From positions 1-29,326 of the forward strand of contig JAKQQL010000160.1 of assembly GCA_029564175.1 (NCBI GenBank): DNA of 29,326 nucleotides, read 5' to 3'. The notes beneath the pieces are model-generated. The model saw only the letters and a list, made by a program, of their open reading frames with translations, was not told the DNA's origin and did not search any database. Shown here piece by piece: positions 8,384 through 18,777 of this stretch (position 1 is the first letter of the stretch; every line of letters starts with the position of its first letter). Source of the DNA: Candidatus Cloacimonadota bacterium (GTDB taxonomy: Bacteria > Cloacimonadota > Cloacimonadia > Cloacimonadales > WRIO01). Made by a program: the position numbers and the translations under genes.

Positions 8384-11300
8384 TTAAAAGTCCTGATTGA
8401 TACTGAAATAATAAGAAGGCTTTCCATGATTTATCAAATCACTTTTCCAAGCTACATCTAATTTGATTACAAAATAACCAATATTCATTCTGGGACCAAA
8501 TCCGAATCCAAGCGTTAAGTCTTGTAATTTACCATGATGAAATCCCTGGAACTTATCTTTTGAATCCCAAACTGCGCCTAAATCAGTAAAAACGGACCCT
8601 CTGATATCTCCTAAAGTCATTGGGAGAGGAAAACCCAATTTTAAATAATCTACAAAAGGGTATCTGAGTTCTAAAGAACTTAATGCTTTGATATTTCCTT
8701 CATGGTCAGATTCATTCCCTCTGACTCCATTAAAACCTAACAGGTTAAATTGTTGAGGATTAGCTCCCTGACTATGTCCAAAAATAAAGCGGTTGGCTAA
8801 GGAAAAATTTTCATTAAGTGCAGAATATGTTCTGATATCGGTATATTGAGTCAGATATTGAAAATCTTTTTCGGAAAAGTTTTTTTTGATTGTATAGTAT
8901 GCTTTAATTCCTGATACAGGGCCTGTACTGCCATAGAGCGCATTATCATACACGATTGAGAAAGCAGGGCTGTAGTTTAAGACTTTCTTCAAATTGATAT
9001 CCTGCCAGTTACCATTCGTCTCATCCCATAAATCCCAGTCTTTTTGATACTCGTAAATCGCCTGATCATATTCAATTCTAAAATATTTATTTAAAGGATA
9101 TCTGAATAGGAAGTATAAGCCAAATTCTCGTTCAGTTAATCGCCTGTACAAGTCTTCATTACTGAAATAATAAATAATATCATCACTTGTTTTAAATACA
9201 GCTAGTCCATAATCGATACGATAGGGTAAATACAGATATGAGAATATAAAATTTGTATCTTTCAATTTACCACTAAATTCTGTGTTAATACCCAAGGCAT
9301 GATTACCCATTAAATCAGATAATCCCAATTGTATCTGCCCAATAGTACCTAAGGATGAAGAGTATGCCATACCTCCCCAAAATGAATCGATTTTGAGAGT
9401 GGGGGTATAATTTCTTATCAAAGGCGAGACATAGTTAGTACTGTCTGGCTTTTGTTCAATTTTTGAAGAGGATTCTATCTGTGACATCCTTAAATACATC
9501 AGTGAATCTTTCTCAATACGGTTTTGATGATATCGTGTTCTTTTAAAAGGTTTATCTTTTGTTTTGAGTGAATCTTCAGGTATTTTACCAAACAGGGCAT
9601 AATCTTTGAGGTTGAATCTTTCATAAAAATCATTCACAAAAGAAAATTCAGTAATTGGTTGGCAAGGTTTATACTCAAGGTTGTTAAAAGGCTTATTAAG
9701 CATATGAATATCCCATGCGCTATTGTTAAAACATGAAAAAACAAGCATATCATCATCTAAAGATAAATCTGCTTCATAAACCCCTGAATAGTATTTATCA
9801 AGATAAGCCCCTGTATTATTGGAAATATTGATGACTTTCATGTTGCTGACATTGTTTTCTTCGCTAACAAATAAGATTTCTTCATCGTTAGATCGCCAAA
9901 CAGGAAACTGATTGTTGAAATCATCGAATGTCACCTGGAAATATGATTTTTTATCTAGGTCATAAATAAAGATATTTTTATTTAACTTTGAGAATACATG
10001 ATTATATTTTGATGTATTTTTCAGGTTTCTTTCGGAAGTAAAAGCGATTTTATTGCCTTGATGAGACCATTTGGGTTGTGAATCTTCATAATAATCAGAA
10101 GTGATTTTTTCTAATGTTTTTGTCTGAAGATTGTAAATATATATGTTGTTCTGGTTATTTTCCTGACCTGAGAAAACAATTCTTTCTCCTTTTTTATCTA
10201 CATCCAGCTCATATATTGAATCCATTTGTTTGAAAAAGAGACGATTTTTTATCTTTTTACTTTTTGTATTATAAATATAAATGTGGTCACCTACAGATGT
10301 TTTTGAAACAAAGGCAATCTCCTTTCCGTTAGGAAACCAACTGATATTGCTTCTTTGAAAATGAAACTCTTCAAAACGTCCATCTAATTCTCCAGTCATG
10401 ATATTTTTCGGTTTTTTCTTTTCATCATAAGGAGATATTTCCCAGATCCCTGTTCTTGATAATTTGTTAGAAAAGAAGACAATTTTATCATTAAGAGGAG
10501 ATATGCGAGGTGACAAATTCATATTTGCTTTAAACTTCTCAACATTCGTTAACTGCTCTGTTTTTTCAGATGGGTTGGCGTAATTTTGAATAACCGGATA
10601 ATACTTTCTTTTCAGATAAAGTCTGAAACGTTTTTCAATATCTTCAAATTTTTGTCCAAACAGCTTTTTGCATGCGCTATCAAGATCAGGAGATACTCTG
10701 ATCTGATAAAAGAATTTAGCAGGGATTTCTTCTCCAAATTCAATAGCCAGCCAGGCAAGAAAAGCTTCACCTAAACGATAGGCATAATATCCATATATTT
10801 TATCAAGTGGATAAAGCCTGTCATTAAGGACAAGATCAAGTATAAACATATTATTATATGTATCCACTCCACCTATAGAAAGGTATTCAGGTAATCCTTC
10901 CGAAAACCAGAATGGCAGAGAATTAATCGAGCTCTCAAACAAAGGGTTAATTATAAAATTCCCTGATATATCATTGATATAAGCATGGGTTAACTCATGA
11001 ATCAACACTTCTTCAAATTTTTTATAACTGCCATCAAATGGAACAACCACTCTGTTGCGAAGAGATTCGGTGAATCCGCCGACACCTTCACTTAGAAGGG
11101 GATAAATAATATTGGTTGTCTGAAATTGCTGTTTTGACTGATAGATAATGATTGGGATTCGCTTTGCGAGAGGTGTTTTAAAATAACTGTTTAAATGATA
11201 AAAAGCATTTTCTGCAATATAGGCGATTGTTTCTCCAAATTGATCGTCATCATTGGCATAATGAATGTCAAAATGCCTGGTTTCAATTACTTTCCAATTC

Positions 11301-11395
11301 GTTTTCATATTTTGAATTTTATTTTTGCCATAACTATATGCATTAGCAGATAAGAATATTGTCAGAAGGGAGATCAGTAGAATAATTTTTTTCAT
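8384..11395 (-). CDS. Secreted fusion: gluzincin (peptidase MA-like) domain, TolB/PD40 beta-propeller, Omp85 (BamA/TamA-family) barrel
   Basis: Signal peptide; HELTH and WFSEGLPEY; PRISP, SWFP, PKWS and PVW propeller repeats; GFNGVRG loop, SLELRYP, beta-signal YFSINQDF. Confidence 0.85.
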   Translation of the reverse strand: MKKIILLISLLTIFLSANAYSYGKNKIQNMKTNWKVIETRHFDIHYANDDDQFGETIAYIAENAFYHLNSYFKTPLAKRIPIIIYQSKQQFQTTNIIYPLLSEGVGGFTESLRNRVVVPFDGSYKKFEEVLIHELTHAYINDISGNFIINPLFESSINSLPFWFSEGLPEYLSIGGVDTYNNMFILDLVLNDRLYPLDKIYGYYAYRLGEAFLAWLAIEFGEEIPAKFFYQIRVSPDLDSACKKLFGQKFEDIEKRFRLYLKRKYYPVIQNYANPSEKTEQLTNVEKFKANMNLSPRISPLNDKIVFFSNKLSRTGIWEISPYDEKKKPKNIMTGELDGRFEEFHFQRSNISWFPNGKEIAFVSKTSVGDHIYIYNTKSKKIKNRLFFKQMDSIYELDVDKKGERIVFSGQENNQNNIYIYNLQTKTLEKITSDYYEDSQPKWSHQGNKIAFTSERNLKNTSKYNHVFSKLNKNIFIYDLDKKSYFQVTFDDFNNQFPVWRSNDEEILFVSEENNVSNMKVINISNNTGAYLDKYYSGVYEADLSLDDDMLVFSCFNNSAWDIHMLNKPFNNLEYKPCQPITEFSFVNDFYERFNLKDYALFGKIPEDSLKTKDKPFKRTRYHQNRIEKDSLMYLRMSQIESSSKIEQKPDSTNYVSPLIRNYTPTLKIDSFWGGMAYSSSLGTIGQIQLGLSDLMGNHALGINTEFSGKLKDTNFIFSYLYLPYRIDYGLAVFKTSDDIIYYFSNEDLYRRLTEREFGLYFLFRYPLNKYFRIEYDQAIYEYQKDWDLWDETNGNWQDINLKKVLNYSPAFSIVYDNALYGSTGPVSGIKAYYTIKKNFSEKDFQYLTQYTDIRTYSALNENFSLANRFIFGHSQGANPQQFNLLGFNGVRGNESDHEGNIKALSSLELRYPFVDYLKLGFPLPMTLGDIRGSVFTDLGAVWDSKDKFQGFHHGKLQDLTLGFGFGPRMNIGYFVIKLDVAWKSDLINHGKPSYYFSINQDF

Positions 11396-11456
11396 ATTAA
11401 TCCTTTCTTATCTATCGTCTATCTCTTTATTAACCTTATCAGAAGGTATTTATTTC

Positions 11457-11484
11457 ACTATATAATTATGATTTTTTTCGTCAA
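11457..11484 (-). promoter_or_regulatory. sigma70 promoter for the Omp85-fusion/ybbR/tsaD operon
   Basis: TTGACG-16 nt-TATAGT on the minus strand. Confidence 0.55.
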
Positions 11485-11603
11485 GCGTTTTTATTAATTC
11501 TCCCTAATGACTATTTTTTTGAAACAAATTAACAGATTGCGAGTTAAAATAATTAGGATATACTAATTAAATAATAGTGATCTATGTTAATATTGGAGGC
11601 AAT

Positions 11604-12911
11604 ATGAAATATCATTCATGGTATATGAATAATTTTAAGCAAATCAAACAGTTAAACTATTTATCAGAAAAAGAAATACATGAAATTGAAGTTGTCTCTC
11701 ATATTTTCCCTTTTAAAGCCAATAACTATTTAACAGATGAATTGATTGATTGGGATCATTATCAGACAGACCCAGTCTTTAATATGGTTTTTCCACAGCG
11801 ACAAATGTTAGAAGATAATGACTATAATGAGCTGGATAATGCTATATGTAATGGTAATCAGACTCTGATAAAGAGAATCGTTAGTGATATCAGGCAAAAA
11901 CTGAATCCTCATCCGGATGGACAGATACAGAATATTCCTGAAGTTAATAGAATCAAACTCTTTGGATCTCAGCATAAATATCCAGAAACGATTTTATTCT
12001 TCCCTTCTCAGGGACAGACTTGCCATGCTTATTGTACTTTTTGTTTCAGGTGGGCTCAGTTTTGTGGGCATAATTCCTTTCGGTTTGCCATGAACGAGAT
12101 TGATAATTTAAAAACCTATATCTTACAACATCCACAGATCACTGATATACTCTTTACTGGTGGCGATCCAATGACGATGAGTTACGATTTTCTTGCGCTT
12201 TATCTCGATGCCCTTCTGGATTCTGAAATGAGCCAGATTAAAAGTATCCGAATTGGAACAAAAAGTCTTTCTTACTGGCCTTACAGATATTTGAGTGACA
12301 GAGATACTGATTATATACTCAGGTTATTTGACAAAATTGTAAAATCGGGTATTAATCTATCAATTATGGCTCACTTCAACCATTACCAGGAATTATCAAC
12401 AGAAGCGGTAAAAAATGCAATTCAGAGAATAAGAAATACTGGCGCTCAGATTAGAACCCAATCACCATTGTTAAAGCATATCAATGATGATTCTGAAGTA
12501 TGGGCGAGAATGTGGAGAGAACAGGTAAATCTGAATTGTATCCCTTATTATATGTTTATTGCCAGAGACACCGGATCTAGACATTATTTTGAAGTTTCAC
12601 TTGAAAAAGCATGGCACATTTTTAAAAATGCTTATAATCAGGTCAGTGGACTATGCAGAACCGTCAGAGGACCAAGTATGAGTACCAGATTTGGTAAGAT
12701 ACAGGTTTTAGGTGTAGCAGAAGTTCAAAATGAGAAAGTATTTGTCTTGAGATTTTTGCAATCAAAGAATCCAGAATTTGTTCAGATACCATTTTTTGCT
12801 GAGTATAACGAAAATGCTACCTGGATAGATGATTTAAAACCTGCTTTTGGTAAAGAGAAATTCTTTTTTGAATTAGACCACACAGAGCTGAAATACGATG
12901 AGTCATATTGA
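11604..12911 (+). CDS. KamA-family radical SAM aminomutase (lysine 2,3-aminomutase-like)
   Basis: QHKYPET, CHAYCTFCFR (CxxxCxxC), LFTGGDP, IRIGTK, HFNH, QSPLL, PYY; start at 11604 after GGAGG. Confidence 0.88.
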   Translation: MKYHSWYMNNFKQIKQLNYLSEKEIHEIEVVSHIFPFKANNYLTDELIDWDHYQTDPVFNMVFPQRQMLEDNDYNELDNAICNGNQTLIKRIVSDIRQKLNPHPDGQIQNIPEVNRIKLFGSQHKYPETILFFPSQGQTCHAYCTFCFRWAQFCGHNSFRFAMNEIDNLKTYILQHPQITDILFTGGDPMTMSYDFLALYLDALLDSEMSQIKSIRIGTKSLSYWPYRYLSDRDTDYILRLFDKIVKSGINLSIMAHFNHYQELSTEAVKNAIQRIRNTGAQIRTQSPLLKHINDDSEVWARMWREQVNLNCIPYYMFIARDTGSRHYFEVSLEKAWHIFKNAYNQVSGLCRTVRGPSMSTRFGKIQVLGVAEVQNEKVFVLRFLQSKNPEFVQIPFFAEYNENATWIDDLKPAFGKEKFFFELDHTELKYDESY

Positions 12912-12939
12912 AAAAGCGCAGACAAAAGTCTGCGCTTTT
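12912..12939. terminator. Bidirectional intrinsic terminator
   Basis: AAAAGCGCAGAC-aaaa-GTCTGCGCTTTT between convergent genes. Confidence 0.9.
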
Positions 12940-12953
12940 AGTCCATCTTTAAT

Positions 12954-13622
12954 TTATAGTTTTTTATGGCAAAGCCACCAGTCAACATATTCAAACTCGC
13001 CTTTGTTTGCTTTTTCGAGACGTTCTTTAGCTGTTTTTACATCTTTAGCTGGTGGTACGATGACATGATCACCGAATAACTCGCCATTAGGCCACTGAGC
13101 AGGCATTGCTACGCTATTTTTATCTGCAATCTGCATTGCATTTACAGATCTCAGGATTTCATCCATATTACGTCCCAGCTCCTGTGGGTAATAGAATATA
13201 ATACGAATCTTCCCTTTGTCATCTACAATCAATACGGCTCTAACGGTATTAGTCCCCTTGCCTGGATGTATGAGCCCGAGCGTTTCTGCAACTGCTCCTG
13301 TATCAGCAATGATAGGGAACTGAATTTCTACATTGAGTTTTTCTTTTATCCATTCTTCCCATTTGATATGGGCAAACACTTGATCAACACTTAATCCGAT
13401 TAATTCACAGTTGAGTGCCTTGAATTTCTCATAACGCGTTTGAAATGCAACAAACTCTGTTGTGCATACCGGAGTAAAATCAGCAGGATGACTGAATAGT
13501 ACAAACCACTTTCCTGCATAATCATCAGGAAGCACTTTTTCACCATGAGTCGTCTGGACTTTCATTTTTGGAAAGTCATCTCCGAGTAAAGGCATGCTTT
13601 TGCACTGGCAATTGTTTTCCAT
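12954..13622 (-). CDS. Peroxiredoxin, Prx6 subfamily
   Basis: [35 protein letters not shown]-terminal DWWLC. Confidence 0.95.
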   Translation of the reverse strand: MENNCQCKSMPLLGDDFPKMKVQTTHGEKVLPDDYAGKWFVLFSHPADFTPVCTTEFVAFQTRYEKFKALNCELIGLSVDQVFAHIKWEEWIKEKLNVEIQFPIIADTGAVAETLGLIHPGKGTNTVRAVLIVDDKGKIRIIFYYPQELGRNMDEILRSVNAMQIADKNSVAMPAQWPNGELFGDHVIVPPAKDVKTAKERLEKANKGEFEYVDWWLCHKKL

Positions 13623-13704
13623 TTTTTCCTCCTTGTTTTATCTCTTTAGAGACAAGTTAACTCATTCTTAGAAAAAAGCAAACAAAAGCTCAGAATATGA
13701 AATT

Positions 13705-15369
13705 TTAATACTTAAAGACACTGCCATAAGTGAATTCACGCAATAATGAGTTCGTTGGCACCAACTCATCTTGAATATCCTTCATGTGTTCAAGTAAAGC
13801 GATCAGATAAAGTGCATCATTATATACCTCAGAGAATTGGCTGATTGATTTTAACTGAGGTAAGACGTACTTTTTCAGTACACCCATTTCATAGGTTAGA
13901 CTGCTGTTGAACATAAAATCGACATTTTCCTGGTATGGAAAGATATTTTTATCTTCTCCAGCACGCACTGATTCCCAACGGGTAAGTGTTTCTTCTGCGG
14001 AGTAACCTCGGTATCTGTAATCACGTGCAATTCTTCTGATTTTACGGCAATCTGTTGTGGCAATTCGGTTGTGATAGTCAATATTGAGCTGATTAAGCGC
14101 ACTGATATAGATTTTAATTTTATTTTCAGCAGGAATTGATGCTGATAGCATATCATTAATGCCATGAATTCCTTCGATCACCAAAACGTTTTCATCATTC
14201 AGTTTTATTTTTTCATTACTGGATTCTCTGGTACCATTAATAAAATTATAGCGAGGGAGTGTGATTTCTTCACCATTTAACAAGGCTAAGAGATGCTCAT
14301 TTAAAAAGGGCAGATCCAAAGAGCGAATCGATTCAAAATCATACTCTCCATTTTCCAGTCTTGGAGTCAGAGAACGTGGCAGGAAATAATCATCAAGCCC
14401 CATAACGATTGGCGAGAGTCCGTTAACTCGAAGTTGGACTGCCAGTCTCTTGGCAAAGGTGGTTTTTCCGGAGGAGGAAGGACCAGCGATTAACACGACT
14501 TTTGCTTTTTTACGTACATGAATCTGATCTGCCAAAAATGCAATCTTCTTTTCCTGAAGCGCTTCTTCTACCTGAATAAATTCACTGATTTTGAAATTTT
14601 CAACCAATTTATTTAAATCACCTATGTTCTGAACTTTCAGAATCTGCAACCATTTATCATGCTCCTGATGAGCACCAAATAACAGTTTGGGCATCTCAAA
14701 CTTTTCCTCAAGCTGACAGGTCTCTTTCTTAGGGAATCTGAGTATAAAGCCTTCTCCATATTTACTCAGTTCAAAACTGTCAAGTAAACCTGTATGAGGA
14801 ACTAAGGGGCGTGGATAATAGTCATAGTAGTTATCACAACGGAAAATATCAATATTTCTCCCATAACCATAGCTGATATTTTTTAAAATATCAAAACGCT
14901 TAAAATAAGTAAAATATTTCTCTGCTTCATCAATGGAAACGGTAAGACTTTCAATTGGTATTCTGCCTTCGCAAATTCTCATCATTTGATCACCAATGGC
15001 TTTCAAATCTGCATCATCAATTTTATCAGGGCTGTTGACCAGTTCACAGTAAACCCCGTCTCCAATGGAGTGTTCAACATTAACGATAATTTTTGTATCC
15101 AGCAAATGATAAAAAGCCATGTGCATCAGAAATATAACAGAATCCTGATAAATCCTGTACCCAACAGGCGTGTTAAAAGGGACAATTTCTATTTTTGTAT
15201 TATGTTCTATGCGACTAGTTCCGTTTACAAACAGATTGTTAATCTTGTAAGCGACTATTTTACAAAACGGAAAGCTCAGATCTTTCATAATTTCATTAAT
15301 AGTAGTTGGATTTGAAAAAGTAAGCGTTTTTAAATGTTTGTTTTGATGCGTAATTTCAATCTGAATCAT
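13705..15369 (-). CDS. Nucleoside (uridine) kinase with N-terminal TGS/ThrRS-like domains
   Basis: AGPSSSGKTTF, LDDYF, IEGIH, RRIARD, ESVRAGEDKNIFPYQE; N-terminal ThrRS-like HSIGDGVYCE. Confidence 0.88.
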   Translation of the reverse strand: MIQIEITHQNKHLKTLTFSNPTTINEIMKDLSFPFCKIVAYKINNLFVNGTSRIEHNTKIEIVPFNTPVGYRIYQDSVIFLMHMAFYHLLDTKIIVNVEHSIGDGVYCELVNSPDKIDDADLKAIGDQMMRICEGRIPIESLTVSIDEAEKYFTYFKRFDILKNISYGYGRNIDIFRCDNYYDYYPRPLVPHTGLLDSFELSKYGEGFILRFPKKETCQLEEKFEMPKLLFGAHQEHDKWLQILKVQNIGDLNKLVENFKISEFIQVEEALQEKKIAFLADQIHVRKKAKVVLIAGPSSSGKTTFAKRLAVQLRVNGLSPIVMGLDDYFLPRSLTPRLENGEYDFESIRSLDLPFLNEHLLALLNGEEITLPRYNFINGTRESSNEKIKLNDENVLVIEGIHGINDMLSASIPAENKIKIYISALNQLNIDYHNRIATTDCRKIRRIARDYRYRGYSAEETLTRWESVRAGEDKNIFPYQENVDFMFNSSLTYEMGVLKKYVLPQLKSISQFSEVYNDALYLIALLEHMKDIQDELVPTNSLLREFTYGSVFKY

Positions 15370-15442
15370 AAGAACTCCTTTATTTAGTTATTTTTACATG
15401 CTGGTTGTAAGACAAGCAACCTGCTTGTTAACGTTTTATTAC

Positions 15443-15584
15443 GCAAGCTGGTAGCTTACGTTACAATTCTTTGCAAGCTGGTAGCTTACGTTACAATTCT
15501 TCGCAAGCTGGTAGCTTACGTTACAACTATTTGCAAGCTAGTAGCTTACGTTACAACTATTCGCAAGCTGGTAGCTTACGTTAC
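15443..15584 (-). repeat. Tandem array of 5 REP-like family A units, 30-bp period
   Basis: GCAAGCTGGTAGCTTACGTTAC at 15443, 15473, 15503, 15533 (one substitution) and 15563, separated by 8-bp linkers. Confidence 0.95.
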
Positions 15585-16474
15585 TTATTTTGGTGTCTGT
15601 ATTGAATGAGAATATAATCTGCAATACTGGTATCATCATTTGGATTGATATTCAGCGCTTCACCTTTTTCTTTGATCAGAGGACTGATGACAACTGCCTT
15701 GTACTTTTTGTCAAGCCGTTCAACAGTTCCAAGCCGATACTGGCTGTGAAAATCGCCATTATAATGAATAATCTTAAATCCTGGATTTTTTTCTAAGTAA
15801 ACACTGATGGATTCAGCCATCGTATCATCTTTAACACATTGAGCAGAAAACAGTTTATACAACATACTTTCACTTATCATCGGATGACTACCGGTCATAG
15901 ACATACCTGAATTCATTAGTTGATAAAATTTATTTTTATAGGGTCCATCTTCAATATGAATCTTTTTCGCTACCCACTTCTTTTCTTCAACAGAGAGGCT
16001 GTCTAATATGGCAATACCTTTTTTATTGACCATAGAAGCGATATATCGGGGGACATTGGCAGCAATGAATGGGATTCTGTTTGACTTGCTATATTCAACG
16101 ATTGCTTTATAATCGGTCATATAATTCGGCCATGCTCTGCTTCTCTGTAAGAATTCAGCTTTCTCCATTTTGTTTTGAAAATACTCATCAATGATAATCT
16201 GAGTATCCCGCTCAAACATTTCCATTGATACAGCTATTTTTTTGTTTTTTTGATGAAATGCCTTTAACAATTCAAATTCCACATAATGCATCAGCGAATC
16301 ATCGTGGAGCTCTCCAAAAAAAAGGACATCAGCTTTCTGAGCCTCTTTCACTAATTGATTGAGTTTTATGTATTTTTTTGTTTTGGTATGATAAATACGA
16401 TAATCTGATTCTGTGAAACATAATAAAAAACTCGATATACCGAGCAATAGGATGAAACTGATTAAATGCTTCAT
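15581..16474 (-). CDS. ChaN-family (TIKI/EreA-like fold) exported protein
   Basis: Signal peptide; VLFFGELHD, SMEMFERD, IAANVPR, AQCVKDDTMAESI, HYNGDFHS. Confidence 0.85.
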   Translation of the reverse strand: MKHLISFILLLGISSFLLCFTESDYRIYHTKTKKYIKLNQLVKEAQKADVLFFGELHDDSLMHYVEFELLKAFHQKNKKIAVSMEMFERDTQIIIDEYFQNKMEKAEFLQRSRAWPNYMTDYKAIVEYSKSNRIPFIAANVPRYIASMVNKKGIAILDSLSVEEKKWVAKKIHIEDGPYKNKFYQLMNSGMSMTGSHPMISESMLYKLFSAQCVKDDTMAESISVYLEKNPGFKIIHYNGDFHSQYRLGTVERLDKKYKAVVISPLIKEKGEALNINPNDDTSIADYILIQYRHQNK

Positions 16475-18762
16475 TTTTTTCTCCGTCTGCTTTTTTTAGG
16501 TTTTCCGTACTTTTTCTTTTTATCCGGATTTCCCGATGCGGTGGACTGATGAGATTGAATATTGAAATAAATATCTTCTGAAACGATGTTTACCTGAACT
16601 TTGACTTTGTCAGCGAGCTTGAACACTTTTCCTTTTCTACGCCCTTTTAATACTTTAATCCGGTCATACAATTCATAATAATCATCTGTCAGACTCATAT
16701 ATTTAACCACTCCTCTGACCGGTAAATCATTGAGTTCTATGATCATGGCTGAATTGGTAAATGAGATAATGACACCGTCAAAACTCTGACCCACTTTCTT
16801 TTTCATGAAAGATAATACGATCTTTTGTTCCATTGCTCTTTCAGATTCATCTGCAATTGCCTCTTTCATGGTGGCGATTCCGGCATAGTTAAAGACTGAT
16901 GAGGGAGTCAGGTCTCTATTGGTTGTTTCTCCTACGGATTTTTTAAATATAAATTTTTTGAGCTGGGCATGAACCACCAGATCACATAAACGGCGGATAG
17001 GCGATGTAAAATGCGTGTAAGTCTCAATTCCAAGTCCAAAATGGGCAATATGAGCCGTGGAATATTTTGCTTTTTTCATACTGCGTAAAATCATTCGGTC
17101 AAAAACTCTGTGGTGTTCTTCTGTTGGCAGGCATTCCAGTACATTTTGCCAGGTTTTATTGATATTGTGTTCTATCTTAAACTCAATCTTGTGAAATTTC
17201 AAAATATCTCTGATTTTCATCAGATCGTCTTCTTCCGGTTCTTCATGGATACGGTAAATCGTCGTGCCAGCGTATTTGGTCAATACTTTTGCCACATATT
17301 CATTGGCGATCAGCATAAAGTTTTCTATCAGTGTGTGAGAATCAGTTTCTCTGCTTCTCTTTAAATCTATCAGATAGCCTTCGTCATCAAAGACATATTC
17401 TACTTCCGGTAAATCGAAACGCAGATAGCCCAGTTTGACTCTCTTCTTTGATAGTAATGCAGACAGTTTTCGCATGGCATTAAGTAAACTGACCATATTC
17501 TCATCAAAGGTATGCGCTTCGCCTTCAAAAAGTTGATCGACTTCTTCGTAGGTTAATCTGGCATTTGAATTGATAACACTCTCTTTGACATCCTGAAAGG
17601 TAATCTGCCCACTATTGTCAAAATCAGTGATAACGGTTATGGTTAATTTCTCTTCTTCCGGTCTGAGGGAACATATCTTGTTAGACAATATTTCAGGTAA
17701 CATGGGGATTACTTTTTTGGGGAAATAATAACTGTTTCCTCTATTGAGAGCTTCTTTATAAATTTCACTATTAAATTTGATGTAATGAGCGACATCTGCA
17801 ATATGGACATAGAGTCTGATTTTCCCATCTGACAGCTCTTCCAGAGAAATTGCATCGTCAAAGTCTTTGGCAGATACAGGGTCTATGGTAATCGTAAACA
17901 GATTTCGGTAATCTTCACGGTCACTGAGATCTGCTTCTTCTATTTTATCATTGATCGCAATCGCTTCTTTGATGACATCTTCAGGGAACTCCAGTGGCAA
18001 ATCAAAGTCTCTGATAACAGCCATCAACTCGACTTCAGGTAAACCACTTTGACCTAATACTTCAACAATTTTTCCTGAAGGCAACTGATTCATCAGTTTA
18101 TTCCCCCAGTTTTCTATCTCAATAATGACTTTTTTACCTTCGTAATTACTGTTTTCTCCGATGATTTGGAAAGGCGTATGAATCTTAAAACTATCACAGA
18201 AAAACATATTTTTCTTTGCCATGGAATTGACAGTACCTACAAACCGCGTCTTCTTTCGTTCTATTACTTTACGAACGATTCCATAACGCTTATTGCCCCG
18301 TTTTTTGATCACTTCCACTTCAACTGTATCCTGATGGTAAGCATTGAGCGTATCTTCACTTGAAATCATAATGTCATCGTCATTATCCATGAGAATATAG
18401 GCAAAAGAGAAGTTTTTTGCCAAAGGTGTTGCATCAAATATACCGGTAACAATTTCATTTGGTGTTTGTCCGGCTTTCAGGGGCGTCTTTTTATCATAGC
18501 TAAAAGGGATCTCTTTAACTTTTGTTTCTTTTTCAATTTCAGGGGCTTTATTCTTCATCGCATATTCAGGGTTGACGTTATATTTCTTAGCCGTTTTAAA
18601 AACAATCAGACTTTGAACCAACTCATTCAGTACAGACTGAACATCCGGTAAATCTGCTTTTTTTAAACCAATAGCGGATGAACATTGATTGGCAGTATAA
18701 GCAGTCTGATTATTTCTGACCAAAAATTTTATGAGGCTTTCTCTGATGATTTCTTTTTCCAT
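16471..18762 (-). CDS. rnr: Ribonuclease R
   Basis: TIDPVSAKDFDDAIS, VHIADV, PMLPEILS, LIENFMLIAN, YTHFTSPIRR; S1 domain and basic tail. Confidence 0.93.
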   Translation of the reverse strand: MEKEIIRESLIKFLVRNNQTAYTANQCSSAIGLKKADLPDVQSVLNELVQSLIVFKTAKKYNVNPEYAMKNKAPEIEKETKVKEIPFSYDKKTPLKAGQTPNEIVTGIFDATPLAKNFSFAYILMDNDDDIMISSEDTLNAYHQDTVEVEVIKKRGNKRYGIVRKVIERKKTRFVGTVNSMAKKNMFFCDSFKIHTPFQIIGENSNYEGKKVIIEIENWGNKLMNQLPSGKIVEVLGQSGLPEVELMAVIRDFDLPLEFPEDVIKEAIAINDKIEEADLSDREDYRNLFTITIDPVSAKDFDDAISLEELSDGKIRLYVHIADVAHYIKFNSEIYKEALNRGNSYYFPKKVIPMLPEILSNKICSLRPEEEKLTITVITDFDNSGQITFQDVKESVINSNARLTYEEVDQLFEGEAHTFDENMVSLLNAMRKLSALLSKKRVKLGYLRFDLPEVEYVFDDEGYLIDLKRSRETDSHTLIENFMLIANEYVAKVLTKYAGTTIYRIHEEPEEDDLMKIRDILKFHKIEFKIEHNINKTWQNVLECLPTEEHHRVFDRMILRSMKKAKYSTAHIAHFGLGIETYTHFTSPIRRLCDLVVHAQLKKFIFKKSVGETTNRDLTPSSVFNYAGIATMKEAIADESERAMEQKIVLSFMKKKVGQSFDGVIISFTNSAMIIELNDLPVRGVVKYMSLTDDYYELYDRIKVLKGRRKGKVFKLADKVKVQVNIVSEDIYFNIQSHQSTASGNPDKKKKYGKPKKSRRRKK

Positions 18763-18777
18763 ATTTTATCCTTCCCT

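Noticed and set aside
15443..15584. CRISPR array
   Set aside because: Spacers are only 8 bp and nearly identical, no cas genes are present, and the repeat also occurs as dispersed single copies.
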